NCBI GenBank assembly: GCA_964036045.1
Contig: OZ038379.1
Coordinates: 37,696,001-37,760,000 of the forward strand
Length of the DNA: 64,000 nt
Source: Eutreptiella sp. 'Long Island Sound 2002'
Taxonomy: Eukaryota; Protista; Euglenida
Reading direction: 5' to 3'
The translations under genes and the position numbers were made by a program. Of this stretch, positions 60,616-64,000 are shown in pieces (position 1 is the first letter of the stretch; each line of letters begins with the position of its first letter). Below the pieces are notes generated by a model. That model did no database searches, was not told where the DNA came from, and was given only the letters and a program-made list of their open reading frames with translations.

Positions 60616-62500
60616 TAGGGCTTCTCAATCCACGCTTTGAAACCTAGCCCCTTGAGTTGGGTTTAGGGACTCTCAATCCACGCTTAGTCGCGTGGCCCCT
60701 TGACTTGGGGTGAGGAACTCTCAATCCACGCTTTGTTGTGTGGCCCCATGAGTTGGGATTGGGGACTCTCCATTCACGCTTTGTTGCGTGGCCCCTTGAG
60801 TTGGAGTTAGGGACTCACAATCCACGCTTTGTTGTGTGGCCCCTTGAGTTGAGGTTACGCACTCTCAATCCACGCTTTGTTGCGTGGCCCCTTGAGTTGG
60901 GCTGAGGGACTCTCAATCCACGCTTTGTTGCGTGGCCCCTTCAGTTGGGGGTAGGGCGTGTCAATCCACGCTTTGTTGCGTCGGCCTTTGAGTCGGGGTT
61001 AGCGACTCACAATCCAGGCTTTGGTGCGTGGCCCCTTGAGTTGGGGTTAGGGACTCTCAATCCACGCTTGGTTGCGTGACCCCTTGAGTTGGGGTTAGGG
61101 ACTCTCAATCCATGCTCTGTTGCTTGGCATTGTGCTTTGCGGTGAGGGACTCTCAATCCATCCTTTGTTGTGTGGCCCCTTGGGTTGGGGTTAGGGACTC
61201 TGAATCCACGCTTTGTTTCTAGGGTTCTTGAGTTGGGGTTAGGGACTCACAATCCACGCTCCGTTGTGTGGCCGCTGGAGTTGGGGTTAGCCACTCGCAA
61301 TCCACGCTTTGTTGAGTGGCCTCTTGAGTTGGGGTTAGATACTCTCAACCCAACCTTTGTTGTGCGGCCCCGTGATTTTGATTAACCTGCAATCCACGCT
61401 TTGTTGTGTGGACCCTGAGTTGGGATTAGGGACTCGCAATCCGCGTTTTGTTGCGTGGCCCCTTGAGTTGGGGTTAGGGACTCTCAATCCACGCTTTGTG
61501 GCGTGGCCCCTTGAGTTGGGGTTAGGGACTCGCACTTCGCGCCTTGTTGCGTCCGTTTGAATGGTCTCCCCGCTTCCGTCCTAGTTCGGTCGGATGTCCT
61601 TGTTCTTGAGATCCCCAAGGGATGTGGGGACGAGATGGGGGGTGTTGTGATGGCGGTAGGCCCTTGGACCGTGATTTGGCGTTAGGGACTCTCAATCTAC
61701 TCTTTGGTGTGTGGCTCTGTGATTGGGAGTGAGGGACTGGACTCGCAATCCACGCTTTGCTGCATGGCCCCTTGAGATGAGGTGGGAGACTCGCAATCCA
61801 CACTTTGTTGCGTGGCCCCTTGAGTTGGGGTTAGGGACTCTCAATCCACGCTTTGTTGTGTGGGCTCCTTAGTTGGGGTGAGGTACTCTCAATACACGCT
61901 TTGTTGCGTGGCATCTTGAATTGCGGTTAGGGACTCACAATCCGCGCCTTGTTGCGTGGCCCCTTGAGTTGGGGCCAGGGACTCTCAAGCCACGCTTTAT
62001 TGTGTGGCCCCTTGAGATGGGGTCACGGACTCTCAATCCACGCTTTGGTGCGTGGCCCCTTGAGTTGGAGTTAGGCACTCTCAATCCACTCTTTGTAGCA
62101 CCGCCTCTTAAGGTGGGGTTAGGGACTCTCAATCCACGCTTTGTTGCGTGGGCTCCTTAGTTGGGGTGAGGGACTCTCAATACACGCTTTGTTGCGTGGC
62201 CCCTTGAATTGCGGTTAGGGACTCACAATCCGCGCCTTGTTGTGTGGCCCCTCGAGTTGGGGCCAGGGACTCTGAATCCATGCTTTATTGTGTGGCCCCT
62301 TGAGATGGGGTCACGGACTCTCAATCCACGCTTCGTTGCGTGGCCCCTTGAGTTGGGGTTAGGCACTCTCAATCCACCGCCCCTTGCGGTGGGGTTAGGG
62401 ACTCTCAACCCACGCCCACCTCTGTGCCCCCTTGAGTTGGGCCAAGGGACTTTCAATCCCTGCTTCGTTGCGTGGCCCCTTAAATTGGGGTTAGGGAGTG
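60616..62500. repeat. 48-bp satellite, block 2
   Basis: Same unit and orientation as block 1; short non-repeat interruption at ~61555-61665. Confidence 0.97.
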
Positions 62501-62524
62501 GTAAAAGGTGTTTTGAGAGGCGTT

Positions 62525-62695
62525 GCAAGTGTGAGGGCCATAGGGTGTGTGATGAGTATTGAGAGCGTGAGGGGGCGGGGGTGTGTTAGCGGCAACGAGT
62601 GTTTGAGGGCCATTGGGTGTGGCAATGGCATTGGGTGTGGGAGGCACATTGGTTGTGTGAGGGGCATTGGGTGTGTGAGGGGCATTGGGTGTAAT
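62525..62695. repeat. 18-bp minisatellite (GAGGGGCATTGGGTGTGT), reverse complement of 1-720
   Basis: Directly visible. Confidence 0.9.
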
Positions 62696-62769
62696 GTCCC
62701 CAGTTGCATGTAGGGCCCTATGCTAGAGTGGCACATACTGCTGTGCGACCCGCAGAAGCTACATAGTTC

Positions 62770-63108
62770 TATTTGTTTTGTGGGGTGGCCGTTGTTTTGG
62801 CAAGGATATGCAATCATGTGGCCATGCACTTGCAACCCCAATAGGTGGGCCTTGATCCTAGGATGTGGGGTGAGGCAGAACTTTGCGGATTTTGTGGTGG
62901 TAGTACAGGCACGTGCACAATGACTATTCTGCGGGAGAAATTTCCCGGGTGCTGCGGGACCCCGTGGGTTTCGACCATCAAAAGTCCCTTGGCGCGGTGC
63001 CACCTCACCGTGCCACCAAACACCCTTGATTTGACGGAATGGGTTGTCGTTAGCAGGGATGATCCGAAAAAAAAAGGATCGTGCCAAAAAAATTCTTGGC
63101 CGTGGTGA
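62770..63108 (+). pseudogene. Cys/His-rich zinc-binding module relic
   Basis: YLFCGVAVVLARICNHVAMHLQPQ*VGLDPRMWGEAELCGFCGGSTGTC..CC..CH. Confidence 0.45.
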
Positions 63109-64000
63109 AACCAAAGATCACTTTGAAGGTGGCATAGGCGGTTGATAGCGAGGCTATCTCTTACTTGGAAGCCTCGCTTGGCCGCTCGGGTTGGGAACGG
63201 AAGAGAGCGCAGGATGCAGACTCCGCGGCCGATTTCCATTTCTGTGGTGGTAGCGAGGCCGCGGCATATTTCAGAGATGCTAATACCTCTTCTTCCTCCT
63301 CGTCAGCCTTCTCTTCTTCGTCTTCTTCAGGGGTGGAAGTTCTCCCCAAAAAGAAGGCCGTGAAGGCCAAGGACACAAAGCGGCCCACAACCACTCCCAT
63401 GCTCAGTGGTAAAAAGCGATGCACGCCTGGGTGCAACAAGTAGGGTGCCCTCTCCTTCTCCTTCCCTTGCAGCAGCATGCGCGTCAGGGCTGGGAGGCTC
63501 ACACGCTAGCGCGGGGAGGGAGGCCTGGCCCACCATACTTTAAGGGCCTCCTCAGTTCGGTCGGTTGCTAGTATAGTATTACACACACCCCCCCCCCCCA
63601 GATAGCATTTCTCACTCCTTGGTGTATTTCTAACCCCATAACAACCTTGGTGACCCGCCCACCCCTTATGCAGTTCTGACGCCACAGTGCATTTCCAACT
63701 CCATGGTGTATTTCGAACCCCATGACCGCCTCGGTGACCCACAGTTGTGAGGTTTCTGGTACCCATTGCCGGAAATACCCAAGCTGATGAAACCCTACCC
63801 AACAAATGGGTACAGGCGGTGTGCATTGTCGGATCACACCTGGGCCGCATACCCAACCGGTCGGAGGTGCCCGCCACCATGTGAGACCCGTAATGTATTC
63901 CATTTCGTGTGCATATACGCCAAAATCTTAGGCCACCGGGTCCATTTTGGGCGTACCAAGGGAGGTCGGGGGGCTGGGGTGCCCTTCTCGCGGACAATAC

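Noticed and set aside
52835-62500. CRISPR-like appearance of the hairpin-containing 48-bp repeats (and of the 84- and 42-bp arrays)
   Set aside because: Units are contiguous with no unique spacers; the context is eukaryotic and no cas genes are present.

Overview
Eukaryotic nuclear DNA, almost certainly from a photosynthetic euglenid. The evidence is a 23/24-nt match to the Euglena spliced leader at 8355-8378, a chlorophyll a/b-binding (LHCII) relic at 12.1-12.4 kb, and TTAGGG-containing satellites. The window is a heavily nested transposon and satellite region with only one probable host gene (multi-exon, ~36.6-41.7 kb, unidentified). The main system is a family of intron-containing DDE transposons whose transposases carry RAG1/Transib/CMC-like motifs, present as four diverged relics (13.0-14.9, 16.5-18.35 and 29.2-31.6 kb on +; 46.8-48.4 kb on -). 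One relic is a complete 4.5-kb element (28849-33392) with CCCT..AGGG terminal inverted repeats and a TA duplication. It carries a second, tightly coupled spliced gene with a Tudor-like domain. Another relic has tandem PHD fingers in front of the catalytic core. A related truncated element inside the 48-bp satellite carries the same Tudor-like gene plus a papain-like protease ORF. Also present: a fragmented LINE (ORF1, APE, RT, zf-RVT, RNase H; 19.8-28.8 kb) interrupted by a Penelope-like RT with a hammerhead-like motif, a spliced-leader-capped LINE fragment, a second Penelope-like RT, a hAT relic, MITEs, two tRNA-derived sequences and many tandem repeats. All protein assignments are by-eye motif recognition; no database search was run.
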